From: Octopus bimaculoides
Taxonomy: Eukaryota
DNA: 37,151 bases
Assembly: GCF_001194135.2 (NCBI RefSeq)
Contig: NC_068981.1
Coordinates: 129,675,056 to 129,712,206 of the forward strand
Reading direction: 5' to 3'
Positions 10,601 to 21,527 of this stretch are shown here, in pieces (positions within the stretch are counted from its first letter, which is position 1; each line of letters starts with the position of its first letter). The position numbers and the translations under genes are program-made. The notes beneath the pieces are model-generated. The model was given only the letters and a program-made list of their open reading frames with translations. It ran no database searches and had not been told where the DNA came from.

Positions 10601-10985
10601 ATTATTTGATAAGAAAAAAGATAGCAAGGGAGACGGATAAGAATGCGTCTTGGTCTGTGCGACAGATTGAAGGAAAAGAAGGATGATCATGTGAGAAAAA
10701 GAAAGATGGACGATAGTCATGTGTGAGCAACGAGAGAGAGTAAAGGAGGAAGAGGGAGAGAGAGCGAGAAAGAGAAAGAGACAGATAGAAAACAGTCAAG
10801 GGGAGAAAAAAGAATTAGAGAACGGATGAAAGAGAAAAAAAACCAAAGGAGGAGAAGGATATATATATATATATATATGTTTATATTATATATGTTTACA
10901 TTATTTATATGTTTATATATATATATATATATATATATAGATAAACATATATATATATTTATTTATATATATATATATATATATA

Positions 10986-11144
10986 ATAGCTGAATAACCC
11001 TTTGTTGCTGGGCAATTGTTACAATAGAAGGTCTCATAAATTTTTGATCATTCCATGTCAGACCATGCCTTCCCCGACAAATAGGCCTCTTGATTAGGAC
11101 AGATTTGTGTATGCAATTTTTTACAAAAAAACTTTGTTGAGGAT
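10986..11144 (-). mobile_element. Possible non-autonomous Helitron 3' end running into a gap
   Basis: ATAGCTGAATAACCC-tttgttgct-GGG resembles a degenerate A|CTAG terminus with a subterminal hairpin. Confidence 0.35.
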
Positions 11145-11522
11145 NNNNNNNNNNNNNNNNNNNNNNNNNNNNNNNNNNNNNNNNNNNNNNNNNNNNNNNN
11201 NNNNNNNNNNNNNNNNNNNNNNNNNNNNNNNNNNNNNNNNNNNNNNNNNNNNNNNNNNNNNNNNNNNNNNNNNNNNNNNNNNNNNNNNNNNNNNNNNNNN
11301 NNNNNNNNNNNNNNNNNNNNNNNNNNNNNNNNNNNNNNNNNNNNNNNNNNNNNNNNNNNNNNNNNNNNNNNNNNNNNNNNNNNNNNNNNNNNNNNNNNNN
11401 NNNNNNNNNNNNNNNNNNNNNNNNNNNNNNNNNNNNNNNNNNNNNNNNTGCTTTCATTTGTTTAATAGAAATTCCTCCTCATAATGATTTTGCTTTTATT
11501 TTGTTTTCATTTTGCTTTCATA

Positions 11523-11711
11523 TCACACAAAAAATGCCAGCTTCCAAATCCTTTTTTTTGATTAGGTAAAATTGATTAAACTTTAAACCATAAGAACATT
11601 TTTCTGCAATTTTTCTGGAAAAATGAATAACAAAATTGGATTTACCATGGAAAATTATCTCAATATACCAAATTTGAAAATTCTGATGTAATTTTAAAAT
11701 TTCACAATATG
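11523..11711 (+). repeat. Dispersed ~190-bp repeat (DNA-transposon-like fragment), copy 1
   Basis: AAAATGCCAGCTTCCAAATC...TCAATATACCAAATTTGAAAATT is colinear with 23720-23909. Confidence 0.75.
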
Positions 11712-12039
11712 TGACAGCAACAGGGAAGACCTTACAAAAGTAGAGAGACAGACAGTTATAGCACGTGACACACACACACACACACACACACTGGAACACA
11801 CACATTTACAAACATACATACAGGTAATTACAAGTTTAAAATGGTGTATAGTAGACATGTATGTATGTATGTATGTATGTATATGTATGTATGTGTCGGT
11901 GTGTGTTCCTTTGCAATGGACAGGTCACCTGTGAAAAATTGTTGTCAACTTAACCCCTCTCTCCTTAAAGTTATGTATTCCTTACACTCACCTTTCTTTC
12001 CCTTCCTCAGAGTTTTAAAAGTTACTTATGTGCATCTTT

Positions 12040-12167
12040 GTGTGTGTGTATGTGTGTGTGTATGTGTGTGTGTGTGTGTATGTGTGTGTGTGTGTGTGTA
12101 TGCATATATCTGTGTATTTATGAAAGTATGTATGCAGTGTTGCTTGTATATCTCTAAATGCCACTCC

Positions 12168-12215
<48 letters not shown>
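12040..12215. repeat. (GT)n microsatellites in a locally duplicated ~118-bp block
   Basis: GTATTTATGAAAGTATGTATGCAGTGTTGC occurs at both ~12113 and ~12230, each after a (GT)n run. Confidence 0.8.
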
Positions 12216-12218
<3 letters not shown>

Positions 12219-12436
12219 CATGTAACTATGTATTTATGAAAGTATGTATGCAGTGTTGCATAGATATCCCACTGCCACTCCATATTTGTCGCTTACACAA
12301 CTTTGTTCTCCCCTTCCCTGATATCAGCCACACTCACTATGCCACCACATTTCACCTCACACCAACATTTTTTCACCCTTTTCATTTCATCAAATAATAG
12401 CCCAACTGAATAAAATAAATGAATTGACCGGTAATA

Positions 12437-12612
12437 CTAGGAAAGCATCCCTCCACTAAGGGGGGGCCCATTATAAATTTCTATTGAAATCCAATTAGCC
12501 TGGTTGTTAGTATAACATGTATGCAAAGTTTTGTTAAGATTAGTTCACTGGTGTAGGCATCAAGATGGTAACATACAGATAGACAGATAGAAATTGCCAT
12601 TTATGTATAAGA
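12437..12612 (-). mobile_element. Complete ~176-bp non-autonomous mini-Helitron
   Basis: Plus strand A|CTAG...TATAAGA|T gives 5' TC and 3' CTAG on the minus strand, inserted between A and T with no TSD. It has a degenerate subterminal CCC..GGG hairpin and an internal (AGAT/AGAC) run. Confidence 0.65.
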
Positions 12613-12623
12613 TATATATATAG

Positions 12624-12960
12624 TGGAGAGGTGCTGTTATGACTGGTTGCAATGCCTGGAAGGAAAAGATGATTCAGCACTCTGAGCTTAAAAGGGCCTG
12701 TCGCAAAGGAACAATTGGGACTGTAATCAACAGTGAACATTGTATTATATGTGATTAAGTTCTGTTGTCAAAAGCAGGGTACATGAATTATATGAAGTTA
12801 CATGAAAATTTAAATGTCCAGATAATCTTGGACGCCAACCGCTTCTTATGACTTGTGTCGTATGTCACAAAACTTGTAAGACAATATCAGGATTTAAAAG
12901 ACATGTTAGTTCACAAAAACATTCCTTCAGAATCAGATTCCAAAGAGCAAAGATATATTC
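12624..12960 (+). mobile_element. RTE-type LINE C-terminus with two decayed C2H2 zinc fingers
   Basis: One frame reads WRGAVMTGCNAWKEKMIQHSELKRACRK...CIICD*VLLSKAGYMNY...CVVCHKTCKTISGFKRH(2-bp deletion)LVH. WR..V..G...KR.RK followed by C-x2-C-x12-H is typical of RTE ORF ends. Confidence 0.65.
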
Positions 12961-12997
12961 TTTTGCCAAATTTTGGGTATAAAAAAATATATTTAAA

Positions 12998-13057
<60 letters not shown>

Positions 13058-13900
13058 NNNNNNNNNNNNNNNNNNNNNNNNNNNNNNNNNNNNNNNNNNN
13101 NNNNNNNNNNNNNNNNNNNNNNNNNNNNNNNNNNNNNNNNNNNNNNNNNNNNNNNNNNNNNNNNNNNNNNNNNNNNNNNNNNNNNNNNNNNNNNNNNNNN
13201 NNNNNNNNNNNNNNNNNNNNNNNNNNNNNNNNNNNNNNNNNNNNNNNNNNNNNNNNNNNNNNNNNNNNNNNNNNNNNNNNNNNNNNNNNNNNNNNNNNNN
13301 NNNNNNNNNNNNNNNNNNNNNNNNNNNNNNNNNNNNNNNNNNNNNNNNNNNNNNNNNNNNNNNNNNNNNNNNNNNNNNNNNNNNNNNNNNNNNNNNNNNN
13401 NNNNNNNNNNNNNNNNNNNNNNNNNNNNNNNNNNNNNNNNNNNNNNNNNNNNNNNNNNNNNNNNNNNNNNNNNNNNNNNNNNNNNNNNNNNNNNNNNNNN
13501 NNNNNNNNNNNNNNNNNNNNNNNNNNNNNNNNNNNNNNNNNNNNNNNNNNNNNNNNNNNNNNNNNNNNNNNNNNNNNNNNNNNNNNNNNNNNNNNNNNNN
13601 NNNNNNNNNNNNNNNNNNNNNNNNNNNNNNNNNNNNNNNNNNNNNNNNNNNNNNNNNNNNNNNNNNNNNNNNNNNNNNNNNNNNNNNNNNNNNNNNNNNN
13701 NNNNNNNNNNNNNNNNNNNNNNNNNNNNNNNNNNNNNNNNNNNNNNNNNNNNNNNNNNNNNNNNNNNNNNNNNNNNNNNNNNNNNNNNNNNNNNNNNNNN
13801 NNNNNNNNNNNNNNNNNNNNNNNNNNNNNNNNNNNNNNNNNNNNNNNNNNNNNNNNNNNNNNNNNNNNNNNNNNNNNNNNNNNNNNNNNNNNNNNNNNNN
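13058..13900. other. Assembly gap (843 N); other gaps at 6987-6996, 11145-11448, 16834-17218, 30201-30293, 35469-35627
   Basis: Seen directly. Most gaps are flanked by microsatellites. Confidence 1.
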
Positions 13901-13939
<39 letters not shown>

Positions 13940-13944
13940 TTGGT

Positions 13945-14073
13945 AAAAGAGTCTCATAGAATAAGTACCAAGCCTTAAGAAGTAAGCTCTGGGTTTGATT
14001 CATTCAATTAAAATGCTTCAAGGTGGTGCTCCAGTTTGGCTGCAGTCCAGTGACTGAAACAAGTAAAAGACAA
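13945..14073 (+). mobile_element. SINE family B 3' portion
   Basis: AATAAGTACC...CTTCAAGGTGGTGCTCCAG...TGACTGAAACAAGTAAAAGA matches 34560-34668. Confidence 0.7.
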
Positions 14074-14093
14074 GATGCATACATATATGTATA

Positions 14094-14537
14094 TCTAACA
14101 ATGCTGGTGCTGCCCTGCAACCTTAGTCACTTTTAGTTACACTGACTTTTTTCTTTTTTGGTTTTAAATTGCATCTAGCCACCTTAATTATTTTATAACT
14201 TTCACATTACCATTTTGCTGAATCAGCCATTGATTCCTATAGTAAATTCTATAAATACTGAAAAGTGGAATTTAGTTTCACCACTGGCAATGGAGTAGCA
14301 TCACCAATGAGCATTAATTTCATGCAAAATTGGCCTGCCTATCTGATGCCCTCACTTGCTGTGGGAAGGTTGTCTCCCTTGCCTGTACATAGAACCATGC
14401 TTTGTTCTTGGCTAAAAAGTCTTTGACTCTTGTTTCTAGCAATGCTAGTGCTGCCCTGCACCCTTAGTCACTTTTAGTGATGGTGAATTTTTCCTTTTTG
14501 GTTTTAAATTGTGTCTAGCCACCTTGATTATTTTATA
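14094..14537 (-). repeat. 1.3 tandem copies of a 341-bp unit with a degenerate type I hammerhead-like motif
   Basis: 14094-14197 is repeated at 14435-14537. Minus strand 14307-14267 reads TTGGTGA-t-GCTAC-loop-GTGGT-GAAAC-taaa-TTC. Confidence 0.6.
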
Positions 14538-15155
14538 TATACATATATATATATATATATATGAATATGAATTCCCTCTTTGAATACTTTACTGTTCAAT
14601 AATACTAGTTACTTCCTTTATTCTTCTCATCATCCACAATTAGAATTAATAAGAAGGTAATTTGGAAATTTTGTTTCAATACTGAGACATTTTAAAGAAT
14701 ATGTTATTTTTGGGAGACCTTGGAAATCAATGGAACTAATTGAAATATTGTATCTTTAGCAAGCATTGAAGTTGTATAACAAGAACAGAATGCAACAGAT
14801 TGATGGGAAGTGATGGATAGAGAGGGAGATGGATTTGGATAGCAAAAGAAATAAGAAAGAAGGGGATATAAAGAACATTGTAGGTAGACAAGAAATTATT
14901 GAGAGAGGATAGTGATAGGAAAGAGAAAAGGGGGAATGCTGAGTGAATTAATAAGAAACAAGAAAAGAAAGATGAATTGAGAATGAAAAAGTGAGGAAAA
15001 TGAAGAAACAGTACAGAAGAAGATGGATAGAGAAGGAAAAGGAATGAAGAAAAATATTATTATAACAATAAGAGAAACAAACTGGGAGTGTCAAAGAAGA
15101 GAGAAGAGATAAAAGCATATAAATATGTGTAGACATATTTGTGTATAAAAAATAT

Positions 15156-15756
15156 ATATTACCTCTCAGTATTACTACTGAGAGGTAATATTTATCCCCA
15201 TTTAAATGTGGATGTTCTGTTAGAACAAACTATACTGTGGTAGATACCATGAGAAAACTCTCATATTGGCTTTTGGTGCAAAATGTACTCTTGTTTATAT
15301 CACTGGTAGGGAGATAAATCCCTGCCATCTCCAGTGCCAAGACCATCAGGTCATGTGATTTCAACCTTCCTTGGTCTTGTCAATGATTGACGCTCAATCA
15401 CTAGAGATAGCAGTGACTCATCTCCTTGCCAGCAATATATATAGAAAAACAGTGCCAGAACAGGCTCTGGTGTCGTAGTTAGCTAATGAGCTTGTTAAAA
15501 GATATATATTAGTGACAGAGGCAGTATTAATACTAAGAGGTAATATTTAACCCAACTTAAACGAGGATGTTCTGTTAGAACAAACTATACTGCAGTAGAT
15601 ACCATGAGAGAAATTCTCATATTAGCTTTTGGTGCAAAATGCACTGTTATTTATATCGCTAGCTAGGAGATAAATGCCCACCATTTCCAGGACCAAGACC
15701 AGGAGATCATGTGATTTCAACCTTCCTTAGTTTCGTTAATGATGGATGATCGACCA
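15156..15756 (+). mobile_element. Head-to-tail 1.6 copies of a 355-bp element preceded by a perfect 16-bp-stem hairpin
   Basis: Units start TACTGAGAGGTAATA (15176) and TACTAAGAGGTAATA (15531). 15156-15171 is the reverse complement of 15176-15191. Confidence 0.85.
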
Positions 15757-17789
15757 CCCTTCATCTTCGTTTTAGATTTGTTTTTCCATACTTGCATGGG
15801 TTGAATGGGTCTGCCTCACCTTGTATACACAGAAATATAAAAAACTGACCAACTTTGGACTTGTATGTGACTTCATTTAATATACTTTTATTGATGCTAC
15901 CACTAGAACTAGATAGATTGACCCATAGAAGAAGACCTCTCTACTCTATCAGTTCTTATTTGAAATTATTGTTCTCCTAGATGGGTTGCTTTAACATAGT
16001 TTGCATCAGTATATTCATTTGTATATTCAGTTTTTAGCTTGGCTTCTTTGGTTGTGTGCTCTTACCAGTCACTTTACTTAGTATATTGGGTACATTTTAT
16101 TATGGCAGTAACACAATAAGATGTGTGCATGTGTATGTACACACACACACATTCACAAATGCATACAGATGGACACTGGGTACTCAATTGCCCATGAAAT
16201 CTCAATGCAGGATTGAAACTAATCCAGCTGATCTTCTCTTTTATCTGCAAAGCTACTAAACATATGGATAGGTTGTTTACATCTGTCTGTTACATATGGT
16301 GTTGGCTAAGATCTATAGATATATTCAGTAATATAAGCTAGCACACAAACACATATATTTATACATGCATTTACAGATAAATAGTTATACATATGCAAGT
16401 ACCAAGGGAGAAATAGAAAGTGTGTGTTTTTGAGCAAAGGAAAATAGAGAAAAATATTTAACTGGAAAAGGGAGAAACTGATGAGACAGAAAATACGTCA
16501 ATGAGAGATAAGTGAGAGAAACAGATAAATGAAGAGAAATTATGATGAATAGAAAAGAAAAAGGAGGAGCAATAATTTCATTATATTTATGTATGTATGT
16601 ATGTGTGTGTGTGTGTGTGGGGGAGTTAGTTGGTCTTTGTAAAAGAGGGAAAAAGAGAATACAAATAAACAAATACATATACTTTTGTTTGAATGAAATC
16701 ACTTTCGGACAATGGTTCTCACAATTCTTTTTCTTTTCAGTCTGTGTGATTATCATTATTGTAGATATATAGGAAAAACAAGAAACCAGAAAAAAAAAAG
16801 TAATAGACAGACAGTAATTTTTATTTTCAGTTCNNNNNNNNNNNNNNNNNNNNNNNNNNNNNNNNNNNNNNNNNNNNNNNNNNNNNNNNNNNNNNNNNNN
16901 NNNNNNNNNNNNNNNNNNNNNNNNNNNNNNNNNNNNNNNNNNNNNNNNNNNNNNNNNNNNNNNNNNNNNNNNNNNNNNNNNNNNNNNNNNNNNNNNNNNN
17001 NNNNNNNNNNNNNNNNNNNNNNNNNNNNNNNNNNNNNNNNNNNNNNNNNNNNNNNNNNNNNNNNNNNNNNNNNNNNNNNNNNNNNNNNNNNNNNNNNNNN
17101 NNNNNNNNNNNNNNNNNNNNNNNNNNNNNNNNNNNNNNNNNNNNNNNNNNNNNNNNNNNNNNNNNNNNNNNNNNNNNNNNNNNNNNNNNNNNNNNNNNNN
17201 NNNNNNNNNNNNNNNNNNACTGATGGGTCAAATTCTGTTAATATACTTGCAAATTTTTGGGGAATAATTTTCATGAAAATAGGACCTACCACCCGACCCA
17301 TCATTCCTAAATAATACAGGGAGTGGTTATTAAGTTGTGAACACAATTACTGCATTGAACACAGACTTATATAACTTATTTGAGTATGAAAAACTATTAG
17401 TTGAATGGTGGAAAGTGAAGAAGAGTGTTTAGCTGTGCAACAATTATCTGCAATAATAGTAATGTGTTTAGCTGTGCAACAATGGTCATAGCATTTCAGC
17501 TATGACCATCCTTTCTTTTGTGCAAAAATTTAGACTTACATTATCTAATACATCCTTGCTGTTTTTTCTTAAACTATGGGGACGTGTAATTTGAGGAATT
17601 GCTATTTCCGGTAGGGGAGAATATGATGTTGAGGTGTTCCCATTACCTTAAATTTCCTTTGAGAAACAGAGCTGTCTAACTGTTAGAGCAAATCTATGTT
17701 AAGCTCTACATTGTAGTTGAACACTTGGTATAATACTTGCTACAAAAAAGCTATCAAACTCACTGTATGATATTAAGAAGTCTGTCTCA

Positions 17790-18370
17790 AGTGGCCTGCC
17801 CTTGAGCGAGTCCATCTCCAGTACTCTCTAACCTGTGTTGTTCTCTTCATTGAGTGGTATAACTTCCTCTGCCTAATACCATCCATCAGTAGCCTCTCTG
17901 ACCTCATAACATGTCCTATCCATCTTGCTCTCCTTCTCTAGATGATATCCAAAAAATATCACTTTTCCCCAACTCTCTTAAGCACCTATTCATTGCTCAC
18001 ATGGTCCATCCAACAGATCTTTTCCATTCACCTCCAGAACCATTTCATAACGCGTCAGTCTCCTAACATCAGTCTTCTTGATGGTCCATGTTTCTGGGCC
18101 ATAGAGGTGCACACTTCATACTAGAGTTTTCACTAACTTCTTCTTCAGGTCACACTTCAAGCATTTTGGTGAACAGTGTTTTATGTTAGTTGAATTCAGT
18201 TTTGGCCATGGCAATTCTTGCTCTGATTTTGATTTCCCTCTCATTTCTCCCATCCTCCATTAGTAGGCATCTAAGATATTATTGAATCTGCTCTAGTTGA
18301 TTTCCATTGATGTTGATTTGCAGATTCTCTTCTCTGCTCCTTCTAATTTTCATTATTTTGGTCTTGGAAT
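17790..18370 (-). mobile_element. RTE LINE internal fragment (RT C-terminal region), decayed
   Basis: Minus translation across frames: YLRCLLMEDGR..EIK.RIAMAKTEFN, and frameshifted remnants of LYG.ETWT.KK and W.WRR..ISW.D..SNE.VL. Confidence 0.75.
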
Positions 18371-18420
18371 ACAAGATGGATATCAAGAAGTACAGTGTTT
18401 TAATAACACAAAAAGTAGAG

Positions 18421-18626
18421 ATAAGGGAGGTTCTATGCATTTGCCCATGTGAAAATATATAATTGCTAAATACCCTTCAGCTCTCACTCAACTGGTTTAA
18501 AAAGGAAGGGCACATTGCTTAATATTATCTTAGATATATTTTGCTTGAAAAAAGATGGATGGTCATTGTTGGAACACTTTTGGTCATAGATCTGATCAAT
18601 AAGTGCTGAGTACAACAGCAATAACA
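18421..18626 (+). repeat. Family D old SINE-like copy
   Basis: AAGATGGATGGTCATTGTTGGAACACTTTTGGTCATAGATCTG...ACAACAGCAATAAC. Confidence 0.5.
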
Positions 18627-18902
18627 TGTGTTGAAAGATAGCAATATATATTTGACTATCCTCACCAACAAAGAAGCACTCTTAAGATAGTAGAAAGAGG
18701 AATGTTATTTAGTTATGATACCAGCATAACAACACATTCTTCTCACTAACTGATAATCATTTCTGGAAAAGGTAATATAGATTTACACTTCAACAGTATA
18801 GTCTGCTGGTTACAAAATAAAGTTAAACCTACCTAGAAATGACTGGAACATAAGAAGTGCATTTATAATGTTTCATGTATTTGCTTAAAGACTTATAAAA
18901 GT

Positions 18903-20455
18903 TTTTTTTTATCCTTCTATATGTTGGATATACAGATTTCACAAAGCGGGGATAGATACAACTGTCTTCACATGGCATACTTCAAATTACTACACTAAAC
19001 ACGATACTGCAATAAATACAAACTTTCAACGATCTCAACAACTTCCTGCGACTTCCACGAAATCTCAACAACTTCTACGACTTCTGTCGTCTCAACCAAT
19101 ACACTACTCTTTATAAGAGTTTAGCTAGTTCATTCTTCCGATTCCACAGGGGTGTCAATGACTCTTGTCACAACATCTCCCCCTTTGAGATTTACTTTCT
19201 AGAGAAGTTTAATATTCCTTCCATTTAGGTACTATTTCCAATAGTTCTGTTTATTTCCTCTTTCTTGTGCTGCTACGTCTAGGTTCGACTTATTGTAGCG
19301 TTGGAACATCAAATGTGTCGTAAAGTACTTCCATGGGTATCTCTTTTCTTTTTTTCGTATATCTATTTTTTAGCTATTTTAAATGTCTTTTGTGTTCCCA
19401 TTTTTCGTCTCTTATTATATATGTCTTCTGGCCTATTCGTTTTGTTACCACTCTGTCTTCCTAACCTTCTCTTCCGTTTTTATATATTTTGAAAAACTCC
19501 TTGTCCCTGATATTAAAATACTTTGTCATATTTTCAGTGTTTTCCCTATTTGTTTTTCTTACTGGTAACAACTTGTCAAAAATTGACTTTATTTTTCAAG
19601 CAAACATTAGTTCTGCTGGCGACTTGCTTGAACAAGTGTTTGGGTTTGGTGTTAGCCTATAAATCCTCAAGAATTGTGTCAATGCTGCATCATTTACTAG
19701 CTCATTTCATGATTTCTTTAATGCTCTTTTAAATGTATCCACGAACCATCCTGCTTGCCCATTTGATCTTGGATGATATGGTGGAGTAGAGATGTGTTCA
19801 ATTGTGTACATTTGCAAAACTTTTTAAACTCCAACTGCATACCATTATTGGATACTATGGTGTCCAGGACACCATATCCTGCAAAGAGTTCATGAAGTAA
19901 TTCTATTGTTACCATAGAGGTTGGTTTCCTACATCTACATATTTCCAGCCACTTAGTGTAACTATCTACCATAATCAGGTAATATACGCCATTTACTGGT
20001 CCAGTAGAATCTATATGAAGCCTGGTCCATGGACTGTCGGTTTTAGGCCACAGTTGAAATTTTACTGGTGGTGACTTGGCTGCAAGGGCACAACCTCTGT
20101 AAGATTTCACTGACTCTTGAATGTCACAGATCATTGTAGGCCAATATATGTAACTTCTTATTAGTGATCTCATTCTCGTTACCACTTTTATATCTTTCTA
20201 TACGTTGGATATATATATTCATGAAGTGGGGATAAATACAACTGTCTTCACATGACATACTTCAAATTACTCCACTAAACATGATATTCCAATAAATACA
20301 AACTCTCAATGATCTCAATGATTTCCTACAGCCTCCATGAACTCTCAACGACTCCTATGATTTCTATCGTCTCAACCAATACACTACTCTTTATAAGAGT
20401 TCAGCTAGTCCATTCTCCCAATCCCACAAGAGTGTCAATGACTCTTGCTACAACA
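18903..20455 (-). mobile_element. Internally deleted Gypsy LTR retrotransposon (LTR-PBS-integrase-PPT-LTR), 1553 bp
   Basis: LTRs at 18903-19175 and 20186-20455 are ~85% identical by manual count. PPT AAAGGGGGAGA directly precedes TGTTG of the 3' LTR. TSD AAAGT at 18898-18902 and 20456-20460. The internal region encodes integrase: RMRSLIRSYIYWP, PWTRLHID.TGP, VDSYTKW and TPPYHPRSNGQA. Confidence 0.92.
19230..20180 (-). pseudogene. Gypsy integrase pseudogene (partial zinc-binding domain, rve core, C-terminal domain)
   Basis: ORF 19718-20185 plus frameshifted continuation IEHISTPPYHPRSNGQAGWFVDTFKRALKK...LRIYRLTPNPNT...SPAELMFA. Confidence 0.88.
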
Positions 20456-20663
20456 AAAGTAGAAACTGCGAAGCCCCTAAAAGCCAGAAGAAAGAAACAT
20501 TAAAAAGCTTAAAATAAGAGAACAATCAAACCTGAGACTGGTTGTATGTATATGATGTAAAAAAAGGGAATCATATATTGCTATGGAACGAAATTTCCAT
20601 AGTAGTTGTTAGTGAATTACAGTGGAAACTTAGGAAAATCAAAGAAGCATATAGAAGAATATA

Positions 20664-20832
20664 GCATTTCGTCTGTCTGTCTGTTCTGAGTTCAAATGCT
20701 GCTGTGGTCGCCTTTGCCTTTCATCCTTTCAAGGTTAATAAAATAAGTGCCAGTTGAGCACTGGGGTTGATATAATCAACTACATCCTCCCCTGGAATTT
20801 CTGGCTTTGTGCTAAAATTTGAAATTAATATT
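20664..20832 (+). mobile_element. tRNA-derived SINE 'family A', 5'-truncated
   Basis: GAGTTCAAAT B box; GCCTTTCATCCTTTC...AATAAAATAAGTGCCAG core. Confidence 0.85.
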
Positions 20833-21339
20833 ACTGCCATTTATGGAAAATATATTTAAATAATGTAACATCAAGTTGTATATTGTGTCTGTAGATAAGT
20901 GTTCATATCCTATGTTTAGAAATAAAGTTTTCTCATTTGAATCCAGTCCAGTATTGTGTACATATCATCATCATCATCATCATTATCATCATGATATTGT
21001 GTACATATCCAGGAATAAAATGCCTGGTGATGATTGGAGATTAATAATTTGCAAAATTATAATCTTATTAACTTAATATTGAGCATTAACTGTGTATCAA
21101 ATATTTCTAATATCATGAAAACACTACAATCCAGTATAATAAAGACACTGAGTCCATGATACCAATATTGCATATACAGTGGTAACTAAACTAGATAATA
21201 TTCCTTTTTCTATTGTAGAGTTCTTTCTTCTAAAGAAATGTATATAAAAGCATTTCTTGTGTCAATATTGAAATTGGTTTGCTGGAAAATTAATTTAAAA
21301 CACAATTCCCCTGTCACACTTTGGGGTTTCTATGTGGTA

Positions 21340-21527
21340 TTTTAACATTTTAGAAATAATAGCTAAGCCAACCTAAAAATACACCCTAAGCATCTTAGAA
21401 AAATAGGAGTACCTTGGGATAATGCTGTCAGAAAAAGGAAAATTGGATGGTCATGACAGGAAGGCCATGGGCTGAATGGCATACCTGTTTCTGTTCAGGG
21501 CTGACTTGGAGGTCAAACAACAACAGC
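21340..21527 (+). repeat. Family D old SINE-like copy
   Basis: TAGAAATAATAGC...GGATGGTCATGACAGG...CAGGGCTGACTTGGAGGTCAAACAACAAC. Confidence 0.5.

Noticed and set aside
12855-14003. Long ORFs in the supplied track (also those at 10963, 16712, 30147 and 35285)
   Set aside because: Artefacts of N runs and dinucleotide repeats (HTHT, CVCV, YIYI).
16815-16833. Acceptor-like TTTTTATTTTCAG directly before a 385-N gap
   Set aside because: An exon could be hidden in the gap, but nothing can be supported from N bases.
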